Source: Glycera tridactyla (Eukaryota). Taken from it: a DNA stretch of 64,000 nt. Positions 36,931 through 49,856 of this stretch are shown piece by piece. The stretch covers positions 52,762,001 to 52,826,000 of the forward strand of contig OZ286460.1 in the NCBI GenBank assembly GCA_965644265.1. The letters are read 5' to 3'. The position numbers and the translations under genes were made by a program. Each line of letters opens with the position of its first letter. Within the stretch, counting starts at the first letter, position 1. The notes beneath the pieces are model-generated. The model was not told where the DNA came from and made no database searches. It saw only the letters and a list, made by a program, of their open reading frames with translations.

Positions 36931-39000
36931 ATTTTGCTCTTACTCACATCCTAATTCCATTTCGTGACATCAATGTCATTTTGAAGCATGTGCGAGATGA
37001 TTTGGGGTCGGGTCATTTGCAGCTATTATCAAATGCTGGGTGTTCTCTGCACAGTTTTGTCAAAGTCACTGCAAGAACTTTTAGACCTGTCTGCAAAAAC
37101 GACCCTTGGTCAATTGAAACTGTGGGCAGTCTGCCCAAAAACATACCAAACATGATTCCATTAGGATTCGAAATGAAAGATATTCATACAATGACCATCC
37201 TCAAACCATCTTGAGAGCATTCATATTTGTAGTGTGGGTTTCACCAAATTATGAACCAGTAAATCAATGTCACAAATATTCAGTAACTCATTGGTAATGA
37301 CTGTGAAAATCACAGAAATATTATGATTTAAATAGATGATCATGTTTCAAGAGAATGATTGATAATGGTTGGCCAATGGCAACAGGCATCAAACATCACC
37401 ACAGTAAGTGTCTCTTCTAACTGCTTAATTGATCTGTGATTGGCAATCCAAATAAAGTCCCTAAATCAATCACCAAACATACACCAGTATAGCCCTGCTG
37501 AGTGAGCAGCTGCTCATTTTCAAGTCTACAACTATCCATCACACCGGCACCCAGGATCAATCAGGCAAACAATCCAGCATGCCGTTTAGGGGAACAAATC
37601 AAACATAGATGTTACTCGATTTCCATTCTGATATGACATTGTTGTAAATGAGAACCTATGCCATTTGAATTCACTCAGCAGTCAGGGCAGCAATTGATGA
37701 AGGAGATGGATGGTGAATTCTATCAGTGTGCAGTGACAGCCGGATTTCAACACAGATGTACAACAACTGGATAAAAACGTCATAAAAATTACACAATATG
37801 TGTGCACAGTGAGATTTATGCTAAATCCATATTGTTGGTAGCATCTGTGGTAACAGCAATGCTGTTGGCTACAATTATCGATCAGCCCAGCTCAAAACTG
37901 GAAGGACCCAGCAACCTTGCTTTTAACCATTGATGTACTGACTCATACAACCATCATATTCTAAAATAATCGTGTTACTCACTGGAAGAAGTAATTCTGG
38001 TGATACCTGCTTTGGAGAACTCACTCAAGGTCACGGGATATATGTCTTCTTTGGTCAGAGGTTGTATAGTGCATTTATTCTTCAGCTTGTCATGACACAC
38101 AATCTTACATGTGACAAGAAGGATTGACTGCAANNNNNNNNNNNNNNNNNNNNNNNNNNNNNNNNNNNNNNNNNNNNNNNNNNNNNNNNNNNNNNNNNNN
38201 NNNNNNNNNNNNNNNNNNNNNNNNNNNNNNNNNNNNNNNNNNNNNNNNNNNNNNNNNNNNNNNNNNNNNNNNNNNNNNNNNNNNNNNNNNNNNNNNNNNN
38301 NNNNNNNNNNNNNNNNNNNNNNNNNNNNNNNNNNNNNNNNNNNNNNNNNNNNNNNNNNNNNNNNNNNNNNNNNAGTTCCTAAAATTAATATGCACAAAAA
38401 TCTGCATGTATTCATATGAATGTAAGTCTCTGTGTGTGGCTGTGCATATGTGTGGCAAAGTGAGGGGAAGGAGGAGTGGTAGGAGGGAGGGTGGGCAGTT
38501 GAGAGAAAAATCAATCTTTTTGAAATGTGGACAGAAGAATAAAACGTTTCGTCCAACCCTTATTGCTGGCCATTTCTCTCCTATATTTCAACCTAGCTTC
38601 CAGCTAAATCAGCTTTCAATATTTGATTACCTTCCCTTATATTTCATTTCTTGCAGATTGTGAGCCGTAAACCTGACCTCAGTTCTCGCCAACAGCTGTG
38701 AGCTACATACGTTTCAATAACAGTCAGGCTGCTATCAATTTTGCTGGATTATCGGCACAATGCTGCCTCAAGCCTACACGCCATGTGTGGCTAATGCAGG
38801 CCATCCAGTCGAAGGTTTATAAAAAATGGATCCTACACGTTCACTTCATATGCCAAGCCAGTGCAGCAAGACCTCTAGTGTGCCTGACTCTGATTGCCTT
38901 TGAAGACGAGCACAAGAGCCGGGTACTCTTCACAAGATCGCATTTATATTATTATTTTCACCAGCAACCTCATTTATCCTCATTCATCCTTGAAGGTTTT

Positions 39001-39003
<3 letters not shown>

Positions 39004-39051
<48 letters not shown>

Positions 39052-39080
39052 CACACATGTGTGTGCATGCATGCATGTGC
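39004..39080. repeat. (GT)n microsatellite with adjacent TGCATG copies
   Basis: Directly visible. Confidence 0.93.
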
Positions 39081-42000
39081 GTGCGTCTATCTGTGTACAC
39101 ATGTGTATGTGCAGATGCTCGAACCTGATACTAACCTCCCACATGTGATGATCAAAATGGAGCTCATAATTCTACACAACATAGGGACCACATAGAGTGA
39201 TGACAATTTAAACTACACAATAATATACAATGACAGTCTTAACTATGAGTGCTACTAATACAAGGATATGGGAGGGCACAAACTGAATACAGACACTAAA
39301 TGTGTAAATAGCCTTAATTCACCATCTATCCTGCAAAATGTTCCACTATTTCTTGACCATCCTGCATGGGTTGGCAATTCACCACAATTACATGCAGGAG
39401 GAGAGGATTTCTCCCAAAGTTATGCCACAGTTGTCTGAAATTTAGAAATGCCAAGAAAATTTCTTCTACAGATTCAAGGGAAATCTATCAAAAACCTGAA
39501 GATCAAACAATAGGTTCGATGAATGATGTCCCAAGCACCAACCTGACACCAGCAACCTAGCGCCAACCTAACAAAAATGACAATAGACCGCCACTTATAG
39601 TGGCATGCATGTCAAATGGGGCCACTCAAGAATGCATGTGTTCCAAAGACTTGGCCACTGTTGCTCTTCCTTTGCGGATGATTGACTAAGATGAGAAACA
39701 CTGCAATTGCCTGGCCTTACTGAGAATGATGGGCTTTGTTAATCATTATGTCTGTGTTACGTCTTTAATACGTTGTGATTTTAACGCTGTAACAAGCACT
39801 GCTCAAGAAGGAAATTGACTTATTTCCTCTCAAATCAGTTCAATTTAACTGCTCCACTAAACACATGAAACTAGCTGAGTCGGAGTTAAATAGGACACGT
39901 GCGCACCATGCAAGTTTGTGGAGCACCAGTCTGATCAGTGAGCCGTCCAAATGAGCTGTAGCTTGCCAAACATATCCCAATTCTCATCACCCAGAAAGAG
40001 ATATTTTTATACTGAGATGGGATGCATTACAATGTAATAGACCCATTTCCCCAAACAGTTATTTCTAATACAAGATTTATTTTCTTACTTGCAACTTAGT
40101 TTCTTAGCCAGCAAAATGGTTCAGAAGGGAATTAGTCTATGTGCATAGTTCATGGCTCATTTTGACTGAGTTCTATGCATCCACATGGAGTTCTACCAGG
40201 AGCTAAATAGATGCTCATGTCAATGGTACAATGTATATTTCTGATGTTGCAATGACTATGTGACTCAGAACTTCGAGAGGCAGTGATGTGAACGAAGGAG
40301 AATGTGACCAATTACCTGACAGATAACTTGGGCCAGTTTACAAATAAGTGAGAAGGGAATATCAACACCCAATTACTGACATCCAAGGGATAGTATTCTC
40401 CCACTCTCATTCAGCCCATGAGCCGAGGATAAAAATGTCAGTTTTCACTTAGGTGTCAACCTAAAGGTGATCTTATTCTAAGTTAGGTCACCTATGTAAT
40501 TTCTTTCATTCTTGTTCAGATGTAATGCATTCTCCCTCACTTTGAGTGAAGAAACATCCATTGTCTCAGACCAAGCATGAACAGAAAATCTGAGTGAATC
40601 TTGATCTCAATTAAGCTGGACTGAAGTAACAATGATGGCATTGTTTCTCAAGGTAGATATGAAAGAAATTCCCAACAATTATTTCATGGGTACCGGTACT
40701 GTTATCATGCAAGCCATGTGCCTCTGATGATGTGAGCACGGAGAAGAGGTGGGAAGCAAACAAGGTAAGAATAGGAACTACTTGGCAGAGACGCACTACT
40801 TTCTGGCTACACTGGGTGCTATGACAGACAGAGAGAGGTCGTTGATGCTAATGACAGACAGACAAGACAAGGCAGAAACGGGGATTCAACATATCCAACC
40901 TAGAATGCCAAACTTACCATAATCACTCCCTATGGAAAGAACAAAGGATATGTTTGCCATCAGTTTCACAGTTTGTCCAAGGGAATGTATATCAAAGTCA
41001 TCCAACAAATGAATGTATTGTGTACTACCCTGTCATGGGGGGTAGATGCCTTATTGTAGTTTCAGAATTCCACTCATGACAGGGAGTGGCTACTAAAGAG
41101 GAAAGTGCAGGCTACAATGAGTATAAAGCATCAGGCCTTTTCGGATCTCCATGAACATCTGCGTGCTCTGGCAACAGTTGCTCATCCTATATTTAGACTC
41201 AAAAATATCGGAATATTCAAATGGGCCAGCATGATGAAGAAATCATAGGCCTGATCTCTTGATGATTGACAATATGGTGAAATGATGTTACACTTGCTCT
41301 GAGTTGAAATACATCTAGGCCAGTATCTCACCCTCTACAAGTGACACACTGATGTTTTTGGTGACTTGAATGCAGTTGAATCCAGCTTGCTGTCTGACAT
41401 GATGAAGCAAATGGTTAGTATGAATGTTTGTAACGGATGTAAGTTAGCATTGAATCAGCATGATGAACTGAATGTAACATATGTTTGCAAACAATACAGG
41501 ACTTCTACAACAGGCTATTGTATCTGGTTTCCATCCATTCAGACTTGAATCGATATTCTGCTGTATATGGCCATACCCAGTCACTCGTCAGACATACATG
41601 AGATCCAAAAAGGAGATTAAAGTTGATGACACAGATTCCATGAATCATGATTCTCCTCAAGGCAGCATCAAACCAGTCTGATGTCAAACACTTGCATATT
41701 GACTTTTCTTTCCAATCCATTGGTTGATTTAGCCATGATCTTGACAAATCCAAAGACACAACTATTTAAAATAGGGTTTAACCTCTTTTGTCAATGACAA
41801 ATTCAATAACTTTCAAGGATCCAGAATCTTTTTCAGGTACAAACAAAATGCCAATGTGAGTCAAATTCTGACCAACCCATCAGTGCATGATATATCACAC
41901 TTTGACAATCACCTACCAGGCTCATCATGGCATGTGAAGACTCAAATTTCAGGGAGTTTTCAAAACCCAAATGAATCCTGAAAATCACAATCTAGCTCAG

Positions 42001-42416
42001 AGACTGGCATGACTTAGGACCAAGAGAGCAAATTGACTCTTGTGTCAGTCTTCAGTAGAACAGGTCTTGAGAGACCACCACCCAAACCCCCGAATGGAAA
42101 GATACTGCCCTGATATATATGCAATCCCTCCACAGCTTCCCATTGTTGCTAACTGCAATATAGTTCTAACCTAACGTAAACTGCAGATGGTATGATTGTT
42201 CAAAGAAGCTAGAAGTGCAGACAAGCCTCTGCGGCTGATTCTGACTGGCAGAAGGCCAGAAAAGAACATTCCATACTTTATCCATAACTCATAAATTACT
42301 GGAAGAAAACACAGCACTCTCAGTCTACCATCCAGCGAGAATGCCTGCCTATCCTACACAACCCTACATTCTTTCTGGTTCTTGGAACTTGAATGCGAAC
42401 ATGGATTTATGCTTAC

Positions 42417-42494
42417 CTGGTCCCCGCATATGCATTTGAGAATTGTCCATGTATCCCATTCCCGCACCTTCAGGGCTATACGTACTACTTGGAC
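42417..42494 (-). CDS. Meis: Meis post-homeodomain exon (78 bp)
   Basis: tcttttttcttgtag|GT CCA AGT AGT ACG TAT AGC CCT GAA GGT GCG GGA ATG GGA TAC ATG GAC AAT TCT CAA ATG CAT ATG CGG GGA CCA G|gtaagc = GPSSTYSPEGAGMGYMDNSQMHMRGP(G). Strong acceptor and donor, phase 1-1, in frame with the homeodomain exon. Resembles the vertebrate MEIS segment [25 protein letters not shown]. Confidence 0.93.
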
Positions 42495-43049
42495 CTACAA
42501 GAAAAAAGACAGATTTGCATTTTTGACACATGAAAATCATTTGTCTTCGACCATGAACTAGACATTTCCATCTTTATATTTCTGACAGGAACTCAACAAA
42601 ACCAAATTGTACATCTAAATAGGAGACATCTTGAAATGAACAGACTATATCATGAAGAAATGCTACCTGCTGAGTTTTAATAAATGAGCCTGTCACCCTT
42701 CTTCAATAATTTACTTTCCAAACACTTCACCCACCCACAACTTCTGAGAAACTGCTGAATTCTCTACATCTGTCTCAACTGAATTTCTGCACGATCAAAT
42801 TTGCATTTGTTTTTTCAACTGTCAGAGTTTTCATGTTCTCTTCAAAATAATTTGAGATTCGGTAGAAGTTGGATAGCAAAACCCTGGATCAAATCTAGAT
42901 GAGGGGCAGAAAAAATGTGTTGGATGTTCTGCTCTGGTTGAGCAAGGATCTCTTCTTAAGGTGGAATGCCACTTGGGTGTATTAAATCATTCAACTTGGC
43001 ACAAATAATTACACTTAGATGGTATCTAAAATGTAGCTCAACACCCCGT

Positions 43050-43119
<70 letters not shown>

Positions 43120-43266
43120 TGGGTGTGTGTATGTGTGTGAGTTGTGTGTGTTTGTGGGTGCATGTTTGACAGAGGAATAGCATGTCAAAAAGGGAGAAAA
43201 AGGGGAGAGAAGAGAGGAAAGGAGATTAGGAAGGGGTTAGGAGAACAGAAACAGCCATGGACACAG

Positions 43267-43297
<31 letters not shown>

Positions 43298-43428
43298 AAA
43301 CAGGTAGAAAGATGGAGGTAAATATACACATACACACTTGCTGAAACATATTTGCTACAGCCACACACACACACACACCCACACCCACACCCACACCGTG
43401 ACTAATGTAAGCATGTAATTGTACAAAC
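42495..43428 (-). other. Meis intron (934 bp)
   Basis: GTTTGT donor and long polypyrimidine tract + TAG acceptor between the two in-frame exons. Confidence 0.92.
43053..43395. repeat. (GT)n, poly-C and (CA)n tracts inside the 934-bp Meis intron
   Basis: (GT)n at about 43053-43115. C-run at about 43266-43282 followed by (AC)n. (CA)n/(CCCACA)n at about 43363-43395. Confidence 0.95.
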
Positions 43429-43487
43429 CTGCTCGATTTGACTGGTCTATCATTGGCTGTACTATCCTTCTCCGTGCATTAATAAAC
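43429..43487 (-). CDS. Meis: Meis/homothorax TALE homeobox gene, exon encoding the end of homeodomain helix 3 (59 bp)
   Basis: Minus strand reads ttatgttgcag|G TTT ATT AAT GCA CGG AGA AGG ATA GTA CAG CCA ATG ATA GAC CAG TCA AAT CGA GCA G|gtttgt = (W)FINARRRIVQPMIDQSNRA(G), the invariant MEIS-class motif. Phase 2 start, phase 1 end. Too short to appear in the ORF track. Confidence 0.98.
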
Positions 43488-46400
43488 CTGCAACATAAAG
43501 ACGACAGACCTGTTAGTTATATTCAACAAAAATGCCAATCTCAATGCCTTCAAATACACTTTTCCTGGAAAATAAAGATCACAGAAGGTTGATATTGAGC
43601 TGTTAGACCTCACACGGTTATAGATTTCTGGTGACATTGAGTGTGCACTCCCATTGCATGCTACTCTGCAATTCATTATGTACTTGGTGCATCTTTTGAA
43701 AAATGAATGAAGGTACTTTTCCCAAAAGGTTGCAAGTCTGGAAATAGTCCAGTAACATTTCACAGACAGTGGAGAAACAAACTTTTATCAGTTTGGCTAA
43801 GGGAGCAAAGTAGTTATAACAAGGCGACTGCTGGCAGAGGGTGAGCCAGATTTTTCTGGACCAGTTGGAAGATGAATGGAGTGAGCGAGAGGCAAGATAG
43901 GTTACCATAGATACCCTGGTAAACATGCTGAGAGATAGGTGAGCTGAAACACAATGCAGAGCCCTCTATCTTCTGGCATTCCGAACTAGACCTTAGCGTA
44001 CACCTGAAGGAAGCTCCAGTGTGGGTCTACTAGGAAGGGATGGGGTTCAGGTACCGGTGACTTGAATATATAAAAAAATACATATTTTTTCTTAATTTCT
44101 TGTAATCTGGGATAAACAATGCATTTGATGAAAGAGATCTAGAATAGATTTATGGCAAACATTTTCCCCTATCATTTGATGCCCGGAAATCACTCAAAAC
44201 CTTCAAGTAGAACATTATCTCCTGTGTTGACCAAGACAAAAATCAATCTTCGCTCAGAAGATGGGATTTTTTTTCCACTGAAAATATTTTACAGATAGTG
44301 AACAAAAGCTTCAGACCATGTATGTTTGCCATGAATTCGGTTGTGGATTGAATTGAACAAGAAATTATTCAATGATAGATGTGATTTCATATAATGAACT
44401 GTGTGAAAACAGCTCTGAGAGAAATGGTGGAAATGAGCATGCAGAGTTGGGGCTCTCAAATTTCCATGGCACTAGAAATATAAGTGACAAAGAAGGGGTT
44501 AATATTCCTTCTAAACCATTAGCATTAGTCTCGTTAACTTTGAGAGTGAAAGTTGTACAAGTGCACCAACACTAGTTCGGATGAATAATTGGTGTGGGAA
44601 AAGGGACTCGGATGATTTGTTCTAGAGCGAATGTGTGTTGGTGCTCACGAGCATTCTCCTTGGGACGTCGGGACCCCCCTAACGCAGTTTATCAACATTA
44701 GCCCCTAGTGGCAAGTCCAAGCAAAGTAGAAACAAGTCTCCGTCAGCACTTGGCACATTCTGCTCCGGGTTTATCTCGGAAGCGGCTCAGAGCTGGCGGA
44801 TAACGGGTGTAGAGTGTTGTCTGGAGGGAGTATCCTGCTCAGAAAGTTGTGCCGAGCAGATAAAATCCAAAAGTAAATGAAACTGAAGGCGGAGTGAAAA
44901 GTGCAACTCTCAACTCCTTCCAATTAAATTCCTGCTCCTGACATACCCACTTGCACCAGCATCCCAGAAAAACTACTGGGTACAATTTGAACCACACAAG
45001 AACAGAGGAAGCGATGATGAAACAAGTTAACCACATCCTCTTTTCTTAACAACTGCATTTGAGTAACTATAATATTAAAGGGGTCACTTTTTGAGTTCAG
45101 CGGATGATATTCAATTGACATAGAGAAGTCAAGCATCATTTGATATGCTGTATCTCCACAAGATGGATTGCCACCACCTCCACCCTCAACACCACTGCCA
45201 CCAAAACCACAAAAATTAAAAACCATGAAAACCATTGTACGTCTATCACTTGAAATGCCATCTTATAACATCCCTGCTGTCTATCACAAAATGGTGTATG
45301 TATAATCCTGCAGTTCCTCCAAAAAGTGGAACCTAACAACACATATTAGGCAGGTCAAGATGTATTCAATATTCGGCTTGCTGTTGAGTTCATACTCATG
45401 TAACAGCTGAGCAATTTGTAAAATTGTTTCACCAGAATGTCAAAACACCTGCTGAAAGAATAAAGGCCTCTTTGACTGCTCCCAATCTCAGGCATGAAAG
45501 ACAGACCCTGAGCAGGCGATCTCGAGTGAGGAATGCCCATGAATTAGTTTCAGTGCGATGCACCAGATGTCACTTGTACACCTCATAGATGTCAGTCAAG
45601 TAGCGGGAGGCTGCCGGTTGCCGTGCAGAGTGATGGCCCACGATTATGACAGACAAGTTGATGGTGGTTTATGGTTGCCACTGATGTATCATAACACTGA
45701 CACTCAGCTCCCTTGACACCCACAACCACCAGACTCGTGATACAATCAGAAATATACACTCCGCAATACAGACCCAAGAACTTACCAGTGCCCTTCATAT
45801 GCAAGCCAGGATCTTAGGAAGACACTGTGGGTATCAGGAGATTCCTGTCCTATTTTGAGATGCAATCAGGACTCAAGATACATGCCAAAGATATTTTTAA
45901 AGGTCGAGATGTGCCACTGAGCCACAATTGACACCAGCAGAATATCGGATTCTTTCAGAATGATCACACAGAGTTTTGTAGTTTCTCAGGGAATTATATC
46001 TTGCTATATTTGGTATCGTGTGAGTAGCAGGAATTTCCTGGGTGACATTGAATCAGCAGGGGCCAAGTACCAAATATGTGATTACTTTCAAGAAGAGAGG
46101 GAGCATGTGGGGTCAAAACCAGGATCTCCACCAGGGAAAGAGCTTGGACCTTTTGGGCACATTGATGTGGTTTCCATTTGCCATTTCACATCCCAATGTG
46201 CTCCAAAACATATGATCCACTCAAAGCAGGCTATATCATATGTGCCTCTTGGGCACAAAATACTTAAATTTATGTGTCCTGTTACACATTTCTGTGCATT
46301 TTAACCCTAATGAGGAGGTGGAAAATGACACCCAGTTTCTGGACTTTTAGATCTCTTCATCAAAAATGCTGCAATAGTGAAAGAAGATCTGGAAAGTTAC

Positions 46401-48905
46401 CACAGATCTTATGGCATCAGTTAGAATCAGGCTAGAAGGCATGTTCCAGCTGGTTGGAAGGATTTTGTATAGAATTGCAGGACCAGCAGCTGTGGCTAAC
46501 CTGGGAGTGGCTTCCCATGTAACAGACCGAGGAACATCTCAGAGAAACACAAACATTCACTGCTTCCAGGCCCACTATCTACAACACCAAAAACCCTCAA
46601 AGAAGCCAGAGTTTATAAACAAATTGCTTTGTAAATGTTTTCTATATACATTTCTCTGTCTGTTTGGCCAGCCGGAGGATTGCATCAAACTAGGTGGGTG
46701 TAGCTGGTTCATGTACATGTATGCGTCTCTGGCTGAAGTATATGCCCACATATATATTCATGTGCTCCTGGAGGAGCTGGGTGCACATGCATTTGTGTGT
46801 GTCCATGTGCGCGTGCGTGCAAGTGTGTGAGACCCTTCCCTCTCACCTAACCGACTGCTCTCGGAGACCTTTTTCTATCAGGCAAAATTGAATACGCATT
46901 TGATCAGCAAACAATCGTTTATACTGTCAGGTTGACATACTAGGAGGTCTCTTGTCACAGATTTCCCTGTATTACAAAATGTGATGTATAGACAAAAACA
47001 CAAAAGTATGATCAACACTGAGTGATATATTGCAACCAGTCATGCTGTATGCTCTGATTTAGGGAGGAAAAAACACCTATCACACAGACCAGCCTGGTCC
47101 ATGAATATTTATACAAAATGTAACACTGATTCACCAAGAAATCAACAGATCACTTTGGAATTATGTCAAATTTTGGACATAGTTCTCCCCAGGAGAATAT
47201 AATGAGGATAGTTCCCAGCCCATAAAAAACTGCACACAAATATGTACAAACACACCAAGTCAAACCAGTTGAAGAGGTAGGTATACTTGGAGGCTCCAAC
47301 AAACCCAGAGGTCAAAGGGCAATGATGAACTTAGCCATCAGTGGACGAAATGTACACAAACTGTGCGTCAGTGGTCCTGAGATTCGGGAGTGGAGGATGG
47401 CGCCGGGTGCCCTCTATTGTCAGGGTAACTCATTAATCATTCGTAGCTCACCCCTCTTTGACAGACCCTCACACCAAAAATGGCTACACACTCCACGTAA
47501 ACATATTCATCCCCCTGGTCACGATAGGCACTTGTTGTGACACACATACCCCCTCAAACAAGCTCTAATCTAGGACAAGATTCAAAGACGTGCTAATTTG
47601 TAGGCAATCTTTGCACAAATTATACACTGGAATATACAGAGCAAGAATAGCAGTTACACTTCATTAACTTCCTGAGATGATTGGCTGCCATTTGAACAGT
47701 GGTCAGATAAAGAGCTATTGCTCATCAGGATAACAATTCACTACCATGAAGGCTCAACTTTATAAAAATTCCTGGATTTATCCATCATTGTCAAAAAGCA
47801 AAACCCAGCACCCAAGGTCTTGATCTATATATGTTGTTTAAAATATCCACTGTTGTCCATACATCCATCCAACTGTCTGTCTGCCCATTTGTTTGTCCAT
47901 CTGTCTGTCTGTCTGTCCAACCCCCCCTTCCCCCCCAAAATATATATATATATATATACACTACAGTTTGTTCTTTCCTGAGAAGGCTCTGGTTTTCATC
48001 ACACCTAGTAAAAGGAGGTGATCTCCATTACTGTGGGGGCTAGGGTGTGTGAGTGTGTTGGTTGTGCTATGGCTGCTAGTTAAATGGTCTCATTTAAATA
48101 TGGAGATTAGTGGTATGAAGTAGTTAGGGGAATCAATTAGACTTAGTGGAGTTATTATGCAACCAACTCTACCATCCATTAACCCACCTCTATCTCACAC
48201 CAAGTATCTTCTACCATGGATTCTCCCCTATAGTATCATATGTAGGAACAAGTGAACGGGCGCTCCCACCAATGCAAACCCAGCTGACTCACAATACTTC
48301 ATTCATAAGTTTAGTCACTATGCATGATGCAGGTGAGTACTGTATCATATCTTCTGAATTTGGAAACTTTTCAAGCCCATTTCTTCCATGGTAATGAAAC
48401 ACCCTTCAAATGTCCTGAGGTAATTGCACCCAAACACAATTAGAAAGTTGTTATTATCATGAAAGATAGTAGAAAAGTTCAAGAGTGAAGAAAATGCGAG
48501 AAAAAAATTCTTATAGAACTGTTGTATTTTGATGACACTGAGTCTAGTTGCCTTGATTTGAAGAGTCATCCAAATGCTTGAAATCCATTGGACCACACTC
48601 ATAGTGCTAGTTACATAAAGCCTGGGCAGTCAAGCAGTGTAATTAGTCAGATCACGTCCATTTAATTAAGTAAAATCTGCCTCCCTCATTTAGCCAGGAC
48701 TTCCTCATTGTCCTCTCTGAAAGCAGCTGGTGCTGTCCGCCGACGAGGTCGAGATCAGGGGTGGAGGATAACAGCATCCTATTCCAGACAGATCACCACC
48801 CAAGTTAGGATAGCGCTCAGATAATACCTGCCTAATTCTCTACTAATTCTGTTACGCCATGCAAGCACAGGCCGCTCCTCTTCCACACCGGTCTCGCAGA
48901 TAATA

Positions 48906-48945
48906 GATACAGCAGCTTCGCAGCCGATACAGCAGCTTCGCAGAC
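48906..48945 (+). repeat. 20-bp tandem duplication
   Basis: gatacagcagcttcgcagcc / gatacagcagcttcgcagac. Confidence 0.92.
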
Positions 48946-49843
48946 GACAACTAATGTGCTTGCATGCCTGCCGACACTCTGCATGCAAATATGGCACATT
49001 TGGTCCCGGAGAAGGCAGATTAAATGACTGATAACTTTAAACACCCCCTCTATTGTTGTCCTCATGAGAGAGCTGAACAGCACTGTACCGATAATGACTA
49101 TTATGGGATAGTGACTACATGTTAATGTGTTCATTGAGAGGTCAGGGACATGTTGGTTGCATCATTACCCTAGCCATTAATTTGTGGTGAACTAATGGCA
49201 ATTCTCAGATTCTTACACACATCTCGGTCTCTCACATGCACTAAGATTATCCAGTGAAAACACACACTTTCCCCCTTTGATCCAAATGTATATTGGTTCA
49301 CGATATTCTTATCTAATGTGACATCCAGTATTTTTCTCAAAAGATCAAAATTGTCATCAATTCAAATAGACTAGGTACCATCTGCTGCATGAAGCCCCAG
49401 TCTTGCTATGCTGCATGCATATTCCAAACTATTTAGTCTTCAATTTTGTAGACTTTTTATATTAATATCATGTATATTATCTTCTGTATCAAGACATTGG
49501 ACCTGGATGATGACAAAAACATTCATTTGCTAACATGACATTTTTGGATATCATATACATCAGACACAGACAGAAAGGCAAGGTGACTGATTCCCTATTC
49601 TGCATGATGTCCACACACTTTATATTGGACAAATGATGTTCCATCTCCAGTTCCTCATCTTTGCTAACCAACCACCTACTTTATCAAAAGTCACCTCTCC
49701 CCAAGAAGTAACACTGCCGCTTGAGATAGACCAGGCAGAGAATGTATTACCATGTGCGTGCAGCCTCTAGTGGTGAACAGATGAACAAGTCACAACATGG
49801 CTTCCACCATACACAGGACCACAAACCATGGGGAATGAAATGA

Positions 49844-49856
49844 CCGCTAGATGGCA
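49844..49856 (+). promoter_or_regulatory. CTCF-like motif
   Basis: CCGCTAGATGGCA. A weaker opposite-strand match lies near 49760-49775. Confidence 0.4.

Larger units (their letters stand above)
16364..42416 (-). other. Meis last intron (about 26 kb, may contain alternative exons)
   Basis: GT at 42416-42415 and AG at 16365-16364 join two phase-1 exons in frame. No other recognisable conserved Meis coding sequence lies in between. Confidence 0.8.

Noticed and set aside
40900-41760. Possible CR1 RT C-terminal relic (SKCNII) and a repeated CLTSDW in ORF 41505..41759
   Set aside because: It needs several frameshifts to align, so it cannot be supported by eye.
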